In this document: piece by piece, positions 51,704 to 61,998 of the stretch
How positions within the stretch are numbered: the first letter of the stretch is position 1
Layout of the letters: each line of letters begins with the position of its first letter
Virus record (IMG/VR): IMGVR_UViG_3300028584_001241
Direction: 5' to 3' (one strand)
DNA from: a virus
DNA length: 64,000 bases
The notes under the pieces: model-generated
Told to the model about the DNA's origin: nothing
The model's input: only the letters and a program-made list of their open reading frames with translations
The model's database searches: none
Program-made: the position numbers and the translations under genes

Positions 51704-51846
51704 AATTTTTCTTATTGTTTTTTATCATACTAGCAAAAATTTTCTTTTTTAAAAGCATTAAAATATAAAATAAAAAAAAATATTATTTTAAAATTGATTT
51801 TTTCATGTAAAAAAGATATAATCTATTATCATTTAGGAGCCATCGC

Positions 51847-52734
51847 ATGTTGTCAAATTTAGTTCAAGAATTCAAAATATTTGAAGCCAATAAACAAGAA
51901 GAAATCAATAAAACAAATGCAACTATTGCAGAATACGAAGTCATTCTAATAGATTTTACAACTGAATATAAGGCTATTAATTTTTTCAAAAGATTATTTG
52001 CATTCGCAAAAAGAAAACAACTACGAGAACTCAAAGCTTTTATTGCAGAAAAAGAAGCCCTATTTAGACAATATAACAAAGAGATTGTCAGTAAAAAACA
52101 ATCATTGAATGACAACTATGTAAATCAATTGATTATGTCTAATCAAGAAAACAATGCGAAATATGAAGAAATCAATAAACGAGTACAGCTAGCTACTGAC
52201 TTATACAATGTTATTCATAAGACAAAGAAGGCTGGCGATTATGCATTGAAAGAAATTAGTGAAGCAAGATCGGCTATTAGCTCAGCAAAATCTATGGAAA
52301 CTGTAGACATGTTTACGAAAGATAAAACCATTTCTATGTTATCCAGTATGAGCACAAATACCGCTCGTTCTGAAGTTAATGATGTGGGTCCAGCTATCAA
52401 TAAATTTAAAAAAGAACTGGAATACACTCGTTTAAAAGTAAATGAAGTTCAACTAGATTCTCTCTGGACTACATTAGACTTTGTTTTTGACATGTCTGAC
52501 AACGGTTTCATGGATACTTTTTCAAGTTTCATGGTAATGAACAGTCTGGATAACACTGATGGTCAACTCTATAATGTAGCAGTTACAATTGAACAAATCA
52601 TGACAACTATCAATAAAGATCATGCTGAGATTAAAAGCCAGCTCGATACTGAACAATGTGTTAAAAATACCTATGTAGAAAATTTCAGGATTAAAGCTAA
52701 ACTGGAATTAAATGATCTCGGAATTTCAATTTAA
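51847..52734 (+). CDS. Coiled-coil protein, probable paralog of 6099..6968
   Basis: AGGAG RBS; shared blocks with 6099. Confidence 0.72.
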   Translation: MLSNLVQEFKIFEANKQEEINKTNATIAEYEVILIDFTTEYKAINFFKRLFAFAKRKQLRELKAFIAEKEALFRQYNKEIVSKKQSLNDNYVNQLIMSNQENNAKYEEINKRVQLATDLYNVIHKTKKAGDYALKEISEARSAISSAKSMETVDMFTKDKTISMLSSMSTNTARSEVNDVGPAINKFKKELEYTRLKVNEVQLDSLWTTLDFVFDMSDNGFMDTFSSFMVMNSLDNTDGQLYNVAVTIEQIMTTINKDHAEIKSQLDTEQCVKNTYVENFRIKAKLELNDLGISI

Positions 52735-52909
52735 GTCTTGATTTTTTATCAAAAGGAGGTTACTATTATTGCAGCCTCCTTTACCACAGTATGTGTCTAT
52801 GGCTAGCCGCTTCCAACTTGGCGAACTAAGGAATTTTCAACTTAACTAACGACTAATTGCCGATGAAGCAATGGAAGCACTTTTTGGACATCAATTAGGA
52901 GTCTCAAAA

Positions 52910-53389
52910 ATGAAATACGAAACCACCAAGCAAAACATTAAAAATTCCGCTAAAAATCTTTCCAACTACCTTCTAGAACAAGGTGTCTCTTTGCCTAATA
53001 ACAAAATACTGGAAGCTATTGCAAAAGTATTCTTCATGAAAAACTGGAATACACTGGAAGGTACCATTACCAATCCAGAAAGAACTAAGAATATAGAAAC
53101 AAAAAAGACATATCTTATCGAGACAGATGTAGACTGCAGTAAAGAAACGCTCTTGAAACTGTTCAGAGAAGCTTTTCATGAAGGCAAATGTGTCTTTAAT
53201 CTGGTAGACCATCAAGAACGTGGAAGTATTCACTTGATTGAACTCGATTTAACAAAGAATAACAACAATATCATCACGGCTTTGTTTGTTCTCGGAGAAA
53301 AGTTCAAGAAATCAAAATACACCGTTAAAAGGATGGATCTAGTGCGTATGTTTACAGAAAAAGAAAGCTTAACAGCATTGTTTAAATAA
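52910..53389 (+). CDS. Glyoxalase-superfamily-like N-terminal domain protein
   Basis: IKNSAKNL..YL...GVSL....LEAIAK....NWNTL; AGGAG RBS. Confidence 0.7.
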   Translation: MKYETTKQNIKNSAKNLSNYLLEQGVSLPNNKILEAIAKVFFMKNWNTLEGTITNPERTKNIETKKTYLIETDVDCSKETLLKLFREAFHEGKCVFNLVDHQERGSIHLIELDLTKNNNNIITALFVLGEKFKKSKYTVKRMDLVRMFTEKESLTALFK

Positions 53390-53442
53390 GAAAAAAGGAG
53401 CTTAGGCTCCTTTCTTGTTAACTAACATATTTAAATGAAGCC

Positions 53443-54243
53443 TCATATCAGCAACATTGCCAGTAAGGTTTGTTCTTCTGTTGTATAACGCTCCCAGAAA
53501 AGATGAAAGTTTTCAATGGTGACATCGCTTACATCAAATACATCTTTATGATCTAATAACGATATCCGTTTACCACTTTTTGTACTCAGTATTTTAACAT
53601 CAGTCAACTCTTGTCCAATAAAGCCAATGGCATCCGCAAGAATGCAATCTGGATTATGACTGTAATCATCATAACAAATCTGAATTTGTTTCTTATGCTT
53701 TTCATAAAGAGACGCAATCACAAACCGATTTTTTAAATATTTAAAACCAACATCTGTTCGGATTAAAGTGGGATCTCCATAATTTTCCCTTACCATGAAA
53801 TTTTCATAAAAAGGTGTTTCAATCCCTTCTGGATAAAGTGTGTGATTTCTTTTCTCATCATTATGGAAAGATTCAAAAGATTTGTCATATCCTTTTGTTT
53901 CTTTGATGTATGAAAAATTATCGTCCGTGTAATGAACAAAATACTTTTCTTTAATATGACGTGAGTCCAATTTGATAATTAAGATAAATTCATCAACCCT
54001 TTTAAAATAAAAAAGCTTGAAATGCTCAATTTGTTCAAATCCAGAAGCTTTTAAAAATCTAGCCAAGTCATGTGATGTAAAATTATTAAAGAATACAGTA
54101 GTTGCTGGTTTTTTTATATACGTGTTGAACGAATCAATGTCCCATGCGACAGAATCTATAATCTCTAATTTCATACTAATTGTATTTAAATTCATCATAA
54201 AAGTGGGAACCTCATTAAAGTAATCTATCCTATCAAAAAACAT
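53443..54243 (-). CDS. Tandem paralog family B, copy 1
   Basis: LYPEGIETPF, FKY...F.IASL, NFHLFW, ends EEQTLLAMLLI. Confidence 0.78.
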   Translation of the reverse strand: MFFDRIDYFNEVPTFMMNLNTISMKLEIIDSVAWDIDSFNTYIKKPATTVFFNNFTSHDLARFLKASGFEQIEHFKLFYFKRVDEFILIIKLDSRHIKEKYFVHYTDDNFSYIKETKGYDKSFESFHNDEKRNHTLYPEGIETPFYENFMVRENYGDPTLIRTDVGFKYLKNRFVIASLYEKHKKQIQICYDDYSHNPDCILADAIGFIGQELTDVKILSTKSGKRISLLDHKDVFDVSDVTIENFHLFWERYTTEEQTLLAMLLI

Positions 54244-54264
54244 TGTAGCTGTCTATGTTTTCAT

Positions 54265-55044
54265 TTAAACCATCAACATTTCAATCAACGTTAGTTGTTC
54301 ATGGGTATAGTGTTCCCAGAAAAGATGATAGTTGTCTAGTGTAATGCTATGAGGATTAAATTCATCTATATCAAGCATTGACATCTTTTTTTGATTGCGT
54401 GGATTGACAATCTCTAAACTTATTAACGTTTCGTCACGAAATTCAATAAAATCTGCATAAATATAATTACAATTTTTCTTGTATGTATCATAAGCTATCT
54501 GTATATGTTTATCATTTCTATCAAAAAGAGAAGCGATCATAAATTTATCATTACCATATTTAAACGCTAAATCTGCACGAAGAAGCTTGGGTTGAGCGTA
54601 AGCAGACCTAACCAAATAATCAACATGAAAAGGAATATCTAATGATTCTGGATATAAGCTATAGCAAAATACATCACTATCACTATGAAAATCTTTAAAT
54701 GATCCATCATTAAAAGTCATATGAGTAAATGATTTTACAGCCCACAAATTTTTTTCAGAATTCATAAGAGTATATCTTTCACGAATCACAAAGTTTGATA
54801 GGTTTAACTCTATATTAATAATAAAAATAAAGGAACCCATAATTTTTAAATAATGGAAATTTTCTGCTGAGTCCATTTTCGTGAAACCAGCATTAATAAA
54901 TAAATTGTCTAACATGAAATGATCAAAATTTATAAAAGCTATACAAACTTCTGATTGATAAATGCGTGTGTGAAATTCATCAACATTAAAATCCTCTGAG
55001 TTTAAGGTGACTAGTTTTATCTCTATGTCTTTTAAATTAATCAT
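54265..55044 (-). CDS. Tandem paralog family B, copy 2
   Basis: NYHLFW, ends EQLTLIEMLMV. Confidence 0.78.
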   Translation of the reverse strand: MINLKDIEIKLVTLNSEDFNVDEFHTRIYQSEVCIAFINFDHFMLDNLFINAGFTKMDSAENFHYLKIMGSFIFIINIELNLSNFVIRERYTLMNSEKNLWAVKSFTHMTFNDGSFKDFHSDSDVFCYSLYPESLDIPFHVDYLVRSAYAQPKLLRADLAFKYGNDKFMIASLFDRNDKHIQIAYDTYKKNCNYIYADFIEFRDETLISLEIVNPRNQKKMSMLDIDEFNPHSITLDNYHLFWEHYTHEQLTLIEMLMV

Positions 55045-55055
55045 TACAGTTCCCT

Positions 55056-55808
55056 TTATATCCCTGACATTTCAACAAGTATTCTTTGTTCTGGTGTAAA
55101 CTCATTCCAAAATAAATGAAAGTTATCTAATGTAATACTAGGAACATCAATAATCTCAGAATCTGATGTAATATCTAGCTGTATGTTTCTTTTTAGATTT
55201 AGTAATCGAGCGACCTTTATGTTACCTTCAATAAACTCAATAAAATCAGAAAATAAATAATCCTCTCTCTCTTCTGGATGTAGGTAATTTATATGGACAA
55301 AGCTTCCTTTTCGATGAAAAATTTTGGCTATCATCACTTTATTTTCTTCGTATTGAAATGACAGCCCTATATTGTTAATTTTAATTGTAGGAGTCTTTCT
55401 AATAAAGAAGCGTTCATTAAATGGAGTTTCAAGACTAATGTTATAGAATGAAGTCCATTGATTATTAACAAAATATAAAGACTCCAATAACTTATCTTCT
55501 GATTTTTCACAATTCTCAATGTATTCAAGATTTTCATCAGTTAAACGAAGCCAAAATTTCTCTTTAACATAAAAATCATCTATAAAAATGAGAAGTATAG
55601 TTGAGTTAACAACCATATAGTAAATTGTTCGAAAAGATGAACTAACATCGGTGAAACCAACATTCAGTAAGAAATCTTTCATAACTTCTTTATTCTCATT
55701 AAAGTAAACTGTTTTACCAATAGTATTCAAAGCAGCAAAAAAGACATCTGCTGGAGTGCTTTCTGTGACAAATAAAATAGCAGGTTCTACATTTTTTATA
55801 TCAAGCAT
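55056..55808 (-). CDS. Tandem paralog family B, copy 3
   Basis: NFHLFW, ends EQRILVEMSGI. Confidence 0.78.
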   Translation of the reverse strand: MLDIKNVEPAILFVTESTPADVFFAALNTIGKTVYFNENKEVMKDFLLNVGFTDVSSSFRTIYYMVVNSTILLIFIDDFYVKEKFWLRLTDENLEYIENCEKSEDKLLESLYFVNNQWTSFYNISLETPFNERFFIRKTPTIKINNIGLSFQYEENKVMIAKIFHRKGSFVHINYLHPEEREDYLFSDFIEFIEGNIKVARLLNLKRNIQLDITSDSEIIDVPSITLDNFHLFWNEFTPEQRILVEMSGI

Positions 55809-55888
55809 GACGTAAACCTCATTAAAAGTTTACTATTATAACACATTGAAGCTATTTTTAGCAATAAAAAAAGGAGCCTAAGCACCTT

Positions 55889-56638
55889 TTATTCAATTAA
55901 CATTTCAATAACCGTCAGTGTTTCTTTATTTATCTTCTGGAAGAATAGATGATAATTGTCTATATTGACATGACTGGTATCAATCAGTGAATTGAGGTTG
56001 GTCGATTTAATAGAACCTTTCTTGTTTTCTACTGAATAAGATATCAACGTTCCATATTCTGAGAATGATAGATCAGTAACAATAAGATTATTATTGTCTT
56101 CATTTGAGATATATTGAACATCAATCACACCAGTAACCCATATTTGTTCTATTCGGTATTTGAAATCTTGATATTTAAAGACTTCATATGTGAAATTGGA
56201 TTCTTCGACATTTAAGTATTTTGGTGAGTCGAAGACTTCTTTGCAAGGTTTCGTATTGCTCTTGATATAGAACTCGTTACCGATAGCCGTTTCTTCTGAA
56301 TCACCTACGGTTGATAGTGTGTGAATATAATTATTATCGTTTAAATTAGTTAAGATATTTAAATTTCTTGGATTGTTTAATATCAATGATTTTCTTGACA
56401 TATAAACTTGTTTTGTGTTGATAATGCCTTCAACAGCGATAAGTAATAGATGTTCACCCATATCTTTAAAGTAATATTCACAATCGGTGACAGCGGGGAT
56501 TGAAATGAAGCCAGCTTGTTTGAATAATTTTCCTTGTAGTCCTATTTCGTCAAATACTGCAGTTTTACCAACTTTGAAAATGATATGCTCTAATTCATCA
56601 ACTGTACTAGGTTTCGCGTATCGTATTCGCTTTTTCAA
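55889..56638 (-). CDS. Tandem paralog family B, copy 4 (divergent)
   Basis: TTG start after AAGGAG; NYHLFF, ends ETLTVIEMLIE. Confidence 0.75.
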   Translation of the reverse strand: MKKRIRYAKPSTVDELEHIIFKVGKTAVFDEIGLQGKLFKQAGFISIPAVTDCEYYFKDMGEHLLLIAVEGIINTKQVYMSRKSLILNNPRNLNILTNLNDNNYIHTLSTVGDSEETAIGNEFYIKSNTKPCKEVFDSPKYLNVEESNFTYEVFKYQDFKYRIEQIWVTGVIDVQYISNEDNNNLIVTDLSFSEYGTLISYSVENKKGSIKSTNLNSLIDTSHVNIDNYHLFFQKINKETLTVIEMLIE

Positions 56639-56689
56639 TTTTTACTCCTTAAAAAAATGAAGGTCATTTGACCTCCATTTTATGTTGTT

Positions 56690-57700
56690 TTAAATGACTT
56701 CGTGATATTTGAGTTCTTTCTTCAAGTAACAATAAAGAATAGGAGCTGCGATAAGCCCTGTAACACCAAATATGGATTCCATTATCAACATTGCAACTAG
56801 GAGTTCAAATGCTTTAGCTTCTATTCTACTCCCTATAATTTTAGCATTCAAGAAGTATTCGAATTTATGTATGAAAATTAAATAAGCAAAAGCACTGACA
56901 CCCACATACGGTGAAACAGAAAGTCCAACCAGCAACACAATAGCATTCACAATCAAGTTACCAGCAATAGGGATTAATCCAATAACAAACGTTAGAATGA
57001 TAATGGTTTTAGCAAATGGGAATTCAACACCAAAAAGAGGCATTGCAATAAGCAAGAATAAGGCAGTCATTACAGCATTAAACAAAGCAATACCTGCTTG
57101 TGCAACCATCACATGTCTGAAAGATTCAATTAAATGTGAATAACGTGTTTTTAATGAATTAATAAACATCTTATCACTTGCTACGGAATCGCTAGCGGCC
57201 ACCATAATACCAATAATCATACCCAATATCATAGTAATCAAGGTGTGGGTAGCTCCACGGCTGAATTCTCTCAGAACAAATAAGTTCTCTTTCATGAAGT
57301 CAACTATGCTGATTTTTAATTTGTGAATGTCTTGTGGAAAAAAACCTGATATTTTTGGTGGTAGGTCTTTAATACTTTTATCAAGAACCGATGTTATTTC
57401 GTTAACAATCATATCAGGGTTACTAACTGTTTTATAGAGCCAAGAGAATGAATACATCGAAATAAGTGTCAAAAATCCTATAATAATGAGTGAAATGACT
57501 ATTGTTGAAACAAACTTAGACATATTGCCAAGCTTCATATAGCTATTCATCATTTCTTCTGAAAATCTCATCATGAGAAACGTAACCATACCAGCTAACA
57601 GTGCGGGTAGTAGTGCTACTTTCATAATCGTTATAAACCCTACTACTAATAGGCATATAACGCCAACATCTACTTTTTGTCTTAATTGCATTTTGAACAA
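56690..57700 (-). CDS. AI-2E family transporter
   Basis: Multi-TM; GLIPIAGNLI, HKFEYFLNAKIIG, GLIAAPILY. Confidence 0.85.
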   Translation of the reverse strand: MFKMQLRQKVDVGVICLLVVGFITIMKVALLPALLAGMVTFLMMRFSEEMMNSYMKLGNMSKFVSTIVISLIIIGFLTLISMYSFSWLYKTVSNPDMIVNEITSVLDKSIKDLPPKISGFFPQDIHKLKISIVDFMKENLFVLREFSRGATHTLITMILGMIIGIMVAASDSVASDKMFINSLKTRYSHLIESFRHVMVAQAGIALFNAVMTALFLLIAMPLFGVEFPFAKTIIILTFVIGLIPIAGNLIVNAIVLLVGLSVSPYVGVSAFAYLIFIHKFEYFLNAKIIGSRIEAKAFELLVAMLIMESIFGVTGLIAAPILYCYLKKELKYHEVI

Positions 57701-57767
57701 CTCCTGTTAATAATACCTACATCATATAAGTTCAACCTTAAAAAAGCAATAAAAACATGGTTATTTT

Positions 57768-59183
57768 TTAGATTTTTTGTTTAATGTTATGACCAACTGC
57801 AGCCTGACGTTTTTTGACTGCACTCAACGAATGATTTATTTGTTCAGTAGGCTCCATTAAAACGGTATGTGAGAAAACACGTATTTCTTGATTTTCGTCC
57901 CGTGTATTGATTATTTTTGCTTTTGGATGATTATTAATTAGCTCATTAAAGTAACCTACGACATCAAACGAGGCATCTTCTTTTGTCTTTATCAATTTAG
58001 AACCCATTCTAATATCAAGGAAAAAACCGGAGTCTTCTGCTAATTTTACACACTTTTCTACAACACCTTTCACAACATCTACTGACAAGTTTTGATTGAA
58101 GTCGAAATCGTTGATGGTATACAAATCCGATCCATTAAGGGATTTTTTATGTTCGAGATACACACAATATTCTTTAAAAAAAGCATTATCGCCAATGAAT
58201 CTAACACTGTTAAGTTCTGTATCTTTCTCAAAATGTGGCATGTTGTCCATACCCAATGAATGATCAGGATGAATATTTAGAAAATATTCTGTATTAAATA
58301 GATCAAAATTTTCATAATATGTTCGTGCTGATAACTGGTGTTTCTTTAATTCATTGTCATCTAATGTATATTCATACAAGCCATCTTCTCTACTTAAAAA
58401 ATATTCTGGATGTTCTTGTGCTAGCATTTCAAAGAAGTCATTAACAATAGGTTGTCTCATAAGTGTCTCTTCAGTTTCCGACACGGCTGCCAAGCCTAAC
58501 GCAAGTTCATGGCTGTATTTAAACATTTCAAAATTAGATGAGATTAAAATGGAAAATTGATCTTTAAATTCTTCAAAATCACAATCTCGTTTAGTATCAA
58601 CAGTCGGCACCATACCTAAATGATTATCTGTTTCAAATGCTCTGTAATTAAAAGCAATACGATCTTTTAAATAGGTTAACTCATTTAAATCAATTGTTTT
58701 TTCAGCTTTATAGACATCCAACATAATTGTGAACAATACATTATTATTATGTAGGCTTAATTCTTCCATTTGCTCTTGGGTTATTTTTGATGATATATTA
58801 TTGATTAAATCTTTAAAATTGAAACTATCTTCAATAATACTGACAACATTCTGTAATAAGTATCTATCAGACTCTTTTGAAATTATAATGATGCCTGATG
58901 GATTCTTTGAATGATAAGAATCGGGTTCAAATGATATTGGATATCTTTTTGTATAGTTGACATTCATCAATAAACTTTTATTAGAATGATTTTCTAATAT
59001 CAATGTCATCGGTTGTTCTGGTTTATTGGTTTTAGCAAAATTCACATCAACAAGACCGGAATAAGCTGGAAGTTCCAACAACCCTTTCACAACCAAATGT
59101 TGAATATCAGACGGTTGCAAATCATATTTTTCGTAAAAAAAATCTAATAGATCCAAAATATCTTTTTTTCTCGCTTTTCTCAT
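57768..59183 (-). CDS. Hypothetical protein
   Basis: 471 aa ORF overlapping the upstream gene's stop. Confidence 0.72.
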   Translation of the reverse strand: MRKARKKDILDLLDFFYEKYDLQPSDIQHLVVKGLLELPAYSGLVDVNFAKTNKPEQPMTLILENHSNKSLLMNVNYTKRYPISFEPDSYHSKNPSGIIIISKESDRYLLQNVVSIIEDSFNFKDLINNISSKITQEQMEELSLHNNNVLFTIMLDVYKAEKTIDLNELTYLKDRIAFNYRAFETDNHLGMVPTVDTKRDCDFEEFKDQFSILISSNFEMFKYSHELALGLAAVSETEETLMRQPIVNDFFEMLAQEHPEYFLSREDGLYEYTLDDNELKKHQLSARTYYENFDLFNTEYFLNIHPDHSLGMDNMPHFEKDTELNSVRFIGDNAFFKEYCVYLEHKKSLNGSDLYTINDFDFNQNLSVDVVKGVVEKCVKLAEDSGFFLDIRMGSKLIKTKEDASFDVVGYFNELINNHPKAKIINTRDENQEIRVFSHTVLMEPTEQINHSLSAVKKRQAAVGHNIKQKI

Positions 59184-60961
59184 AATAATTTCATCCCATT
59201 TTGATTTTTTTTCTTGTTACTATATTTCTGTTCAAGTTCTGCAAGTCTTTCGTTATCTAATTGATGATTGTCTTTATTCAAATATAATGACTTTTCAAAA
59301 GATTTTTCTAATTCAGGGGCAACCGACAATTCAAGATAATCATCATTCTTATAGTGAGCAGTATACAGATCACCATCAAGGGTATAGGTAAATCCCAGCA
59401 TAGAATCATAATCACTTTGATCTTTATTAAAATCATAGCAGATATACTGCTTACTTCCATCATCAGTATATTGTTCAAAGTAAGACTCTTCACGAACAAT
59501 ACACCAAGCAGGAGATCCTAATTGTTTGCACTCATGGTGAGATGACACTTCAAAAATTAACCTATTATTTTCATAGAGAATAGGTTTGATATTAAGATCA
59601 CCTAATTTTTCAATAACCTTATCAGAAGAAAAACCACTAAACAAATTAATAGTGCTTTGTAAAATTTCAATCATATCGTTTTCTGTTTTAATCGCTGCTA
59701 ATTTTTTACCAATATACATTTGCAATTCTTTTTGACCGAAATCTTGATTGTGTAAAGTTTCAAAATACTTGAAGGTATTTTCATTTAGAAAATATTTATA
59801 TTTAGCACTTAGTATGCTACCTGCAAACTGTTCGACTTGGTGAATTTTTTTTATACTATTAATGTAGTCATCAATATTTTCAAAAGATTTGTCTTTAAAG
59901 TGAGTTAAATCAACGCTTTTATTCTTTAAGATTGTTTCGTTCGCATTAAAAGAAATAACTGTATTAATAGCCGATCTAAAAGCACGTTCTTCCTGAAATT
60001 TAGCTTTGAAGAATTTACTGACTTGTGGTCTTTTTCTAAGCATGTAATCTATAGCATCGGTATGTAACTGAACATTTAAATGCCTAAGTTCTGTTGATCC
60101 TAAAATTTTCTTGTAGCTCCCTTCACGATTCTTAACAACAATACTGTCATCTGCAAATATGTAAGCCTCTTGATTCTGTTGTGATTTAGTAAACTTTATT
60201 TCATTAACTATTTCAACATTATACTGTTTATTAATCAGAAATTGCTGAATAGGCGTTTCGCCTTTATCGACAGCTTGAATAAATCTATCTGCCATACAAT
60301 TAAATTCATTAGGACTATATTGTTTAACAAGCTTTTTACAGTCATCCGCCAACTTGATGTATTCTTCTTTAAACGTATTGAAAAGAAAACGTACTTTATT
60401 TTCATCTAAGACAGGTAACTCACCTACTAGTTTCTTTATTTTAGAAATAATGAAGGCTTTTTCTTTGGGTTGGTGAAAACTAAATTCAAGTTGACGATTA
60501 ATCATTTTAACTTTATTATCAAAAGTATCATTAAACTGAACAGAATCCATCATTTGATAACAAATGGAACGTATTGAAGACAATCTATCCATATAGTCAT
60601 AATGAATATCCAAATCATGAATGTGAGGCATTTTAATAAGAGCATTTAAATGATTAAGCGTGTTATCTAATGTTGTTCGAAAAGAGCTTCGAAAGCCAAA
60701 TAACTTAAAATCATTAATATTAATTTTCGGTTTTGTTAAATTATCATAGTCATGATAGATAAAGTTATCTTGATCCTCTTGAATTTCATAAATAAGCTTA
60801 TTCATTGAATATTCAAGATCATCAAAACTTCTACCTAAGCGGTCAGATTCTCCGTTATTTCCTTTTAAAAAGTGTTTATGAAAACTAGTTTCATCATACA
60901 ATGTATTAGCATATTTTGATGTGATTTCATTTAACTGAGCAAGTGCTTGTTGTATCGTCAT
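59180..60961 (-). CDS. Hypothetical protein with G..WCI....F..Y motif (PcfJ-like C-terminal domain, tentative)
   Basis: LGSPAWCIVREESYFEQY..QYICYDF. Confidence 0.65.
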   Translation of the reverse strand: MTIQQALAQLNEITSKYANTLYDETSFHKHFLKGNNGESDRLGRSFDDLEYSMNKLIYEIQEDQDNFIYHDYDNLTKPKININDFKLFGFRSSFRTTLDNTLNHLNALIKMPHIHDLDIHYDYMDRLSSIRSICYQMMDSVQFNDTFDNKVKMINRQLEFSFHQPKEKAFIISKIKKLVGELPVLDENKVRFLFNTFKEEYIKLADDCKKLVKQYSPNEFNCMADRFIQAVDKGETPIQQFLINKQYNVEIVNEIKFTKSQQNQEAYIFADDSIVVKNREGSYKKILGSTELRHLNVQLHTDAIDYMLRKRPQVSKFFKAKFQEERAFRSAINTVISFNANETILKNKSVDLTHFKDKSFENIDDYINSIKKIHQVEQFAGSILSAKYKYFLNENTFKYFETLHNQDFGQKELQMYIGKKLAAIKTENDMIEILQSTINLFSGFSSDKVIEKLGDLNIKPILYENNRLIFEVSSHHECKQLGSPAWCIVREESYFEQYTDDGSKQYICYDFNKDQSDYDSMLGFTYTLDGDLYTAHYKNDDYLELSVAPELEKSFEKSLYLNKDNHQLDNERLAELEQKYSNKKKNQNGMKLL

Positions 60962-61125
60962 ATTTTTTAATGAAGTTATAGTAATAGTGTAGCATATAAT
61001 TATTTTTTGAACAGATTTTAACAATACTAACTGAAATGTTTTAAATTAAAAAAGAAAATATAGCTACAAAGATTGGAATATCATTCTTTTTAATGTATGA
61101 TTAGACACATATTAGGAGAAACCCA

Positions 61126-61929
61126 ATGCCAGAACTACCAGAAGTGCAATGCGTAGTCAATTCATTAGCTACCATAGCCAGTAAAAAGATAAGAAATGTT
61201 GAAGTCTATGACAACCGATTGAGAGAGCCTATACAACCAAATTTAAAGGCTTTGCTCAGTGGAAGAACAATTAAGAATGTAGAACGTCGTGCTAAATGTA
61301 TTATTTTCAATCTAGACAAAGGTTCAATAGTCGCCCACTTAGGCATGACAGGAAAGTTTTTAATACAACCAGAAAAAGTTGACGACAAATTTAATAGAGT
61401 GTGTATTGAGTTTGAAGATGGTACCTTTCTGATGTATAATGACATCCGTAAATTTGGTTTCATTACTCATGAGAATACACCAACAGATAACAAGTTTATA
61501 AAAAATCTGGGTATAGAACCTTTAACTGACGCTTTTACAGGTGATTATCTCTACAACCTATCAAGAAACGTTAAGAAGAATATTAAGCAATTTTTACTGG
61601 ATCAAACTTATGTCGTGGGGTTAGGTAATATTTATGTGATTGAGTTGATGTATATCTGTGGCATAAGTCCTTATTCCAAAGCAATGGATTTAACCAAAAA
61701 ACAATCTGATATGTTGGTCAAAGAAACAAAAGCTATTCTGAATAAATCTATTGAGGTGGGTGGTTCATCTATTTCTGACTATCGAGATGCGTTTGACAAA
61801 GAAGGTAGCTTTCAAGATAACTTTCATGTCTATGGAAAGAAAACAGATACGAAAGGACATCCAGTGACTCGCATAAAACAAGGTGGTCGTGGCACGTATT
61901 ACTGCCCTATTTGTCAGAATTGTCCATGA
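61126..61929 (+). CDS. mutM: Formamidopyrimidine-DNA glycosylase
   Basis: MPELPEV, RRAK, HLGMTG, DIRKFG, LLDQ..V.GLGNIY, RGTYYCPICQ. Confidence 0.93.
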   Translation: MPELPEVQCVVNSLATIASKKIRNVEVYDNRLREPIQPNLKALLSGRTIKNVERRAKCIIFNLDKGSIVAHLGMTGKFLIQPEKVDDKFNRVCIEFEDGTFLMYNDIRKFGFITHENTPTDNKFIKNLGIEPLTDAFTGDYLYNLSRNVKKNIKQFLLDQTYVVGLGNIYVIELMYICGISPYSKAMDLTKKQSDMLVKETKAILNKSIEVGGSSISDYRDAFDKEGSFQDNFHVYGKKTDTKGHPVTRIKQGGRGTYYCPICQNCP

Positions 61930-61998
61930 GTATCTAATTGTTATTAAGAAGACTAAAAAGCCTACATCGTGTAGGCTCTTTTTTAAGGTCATTTTAAG

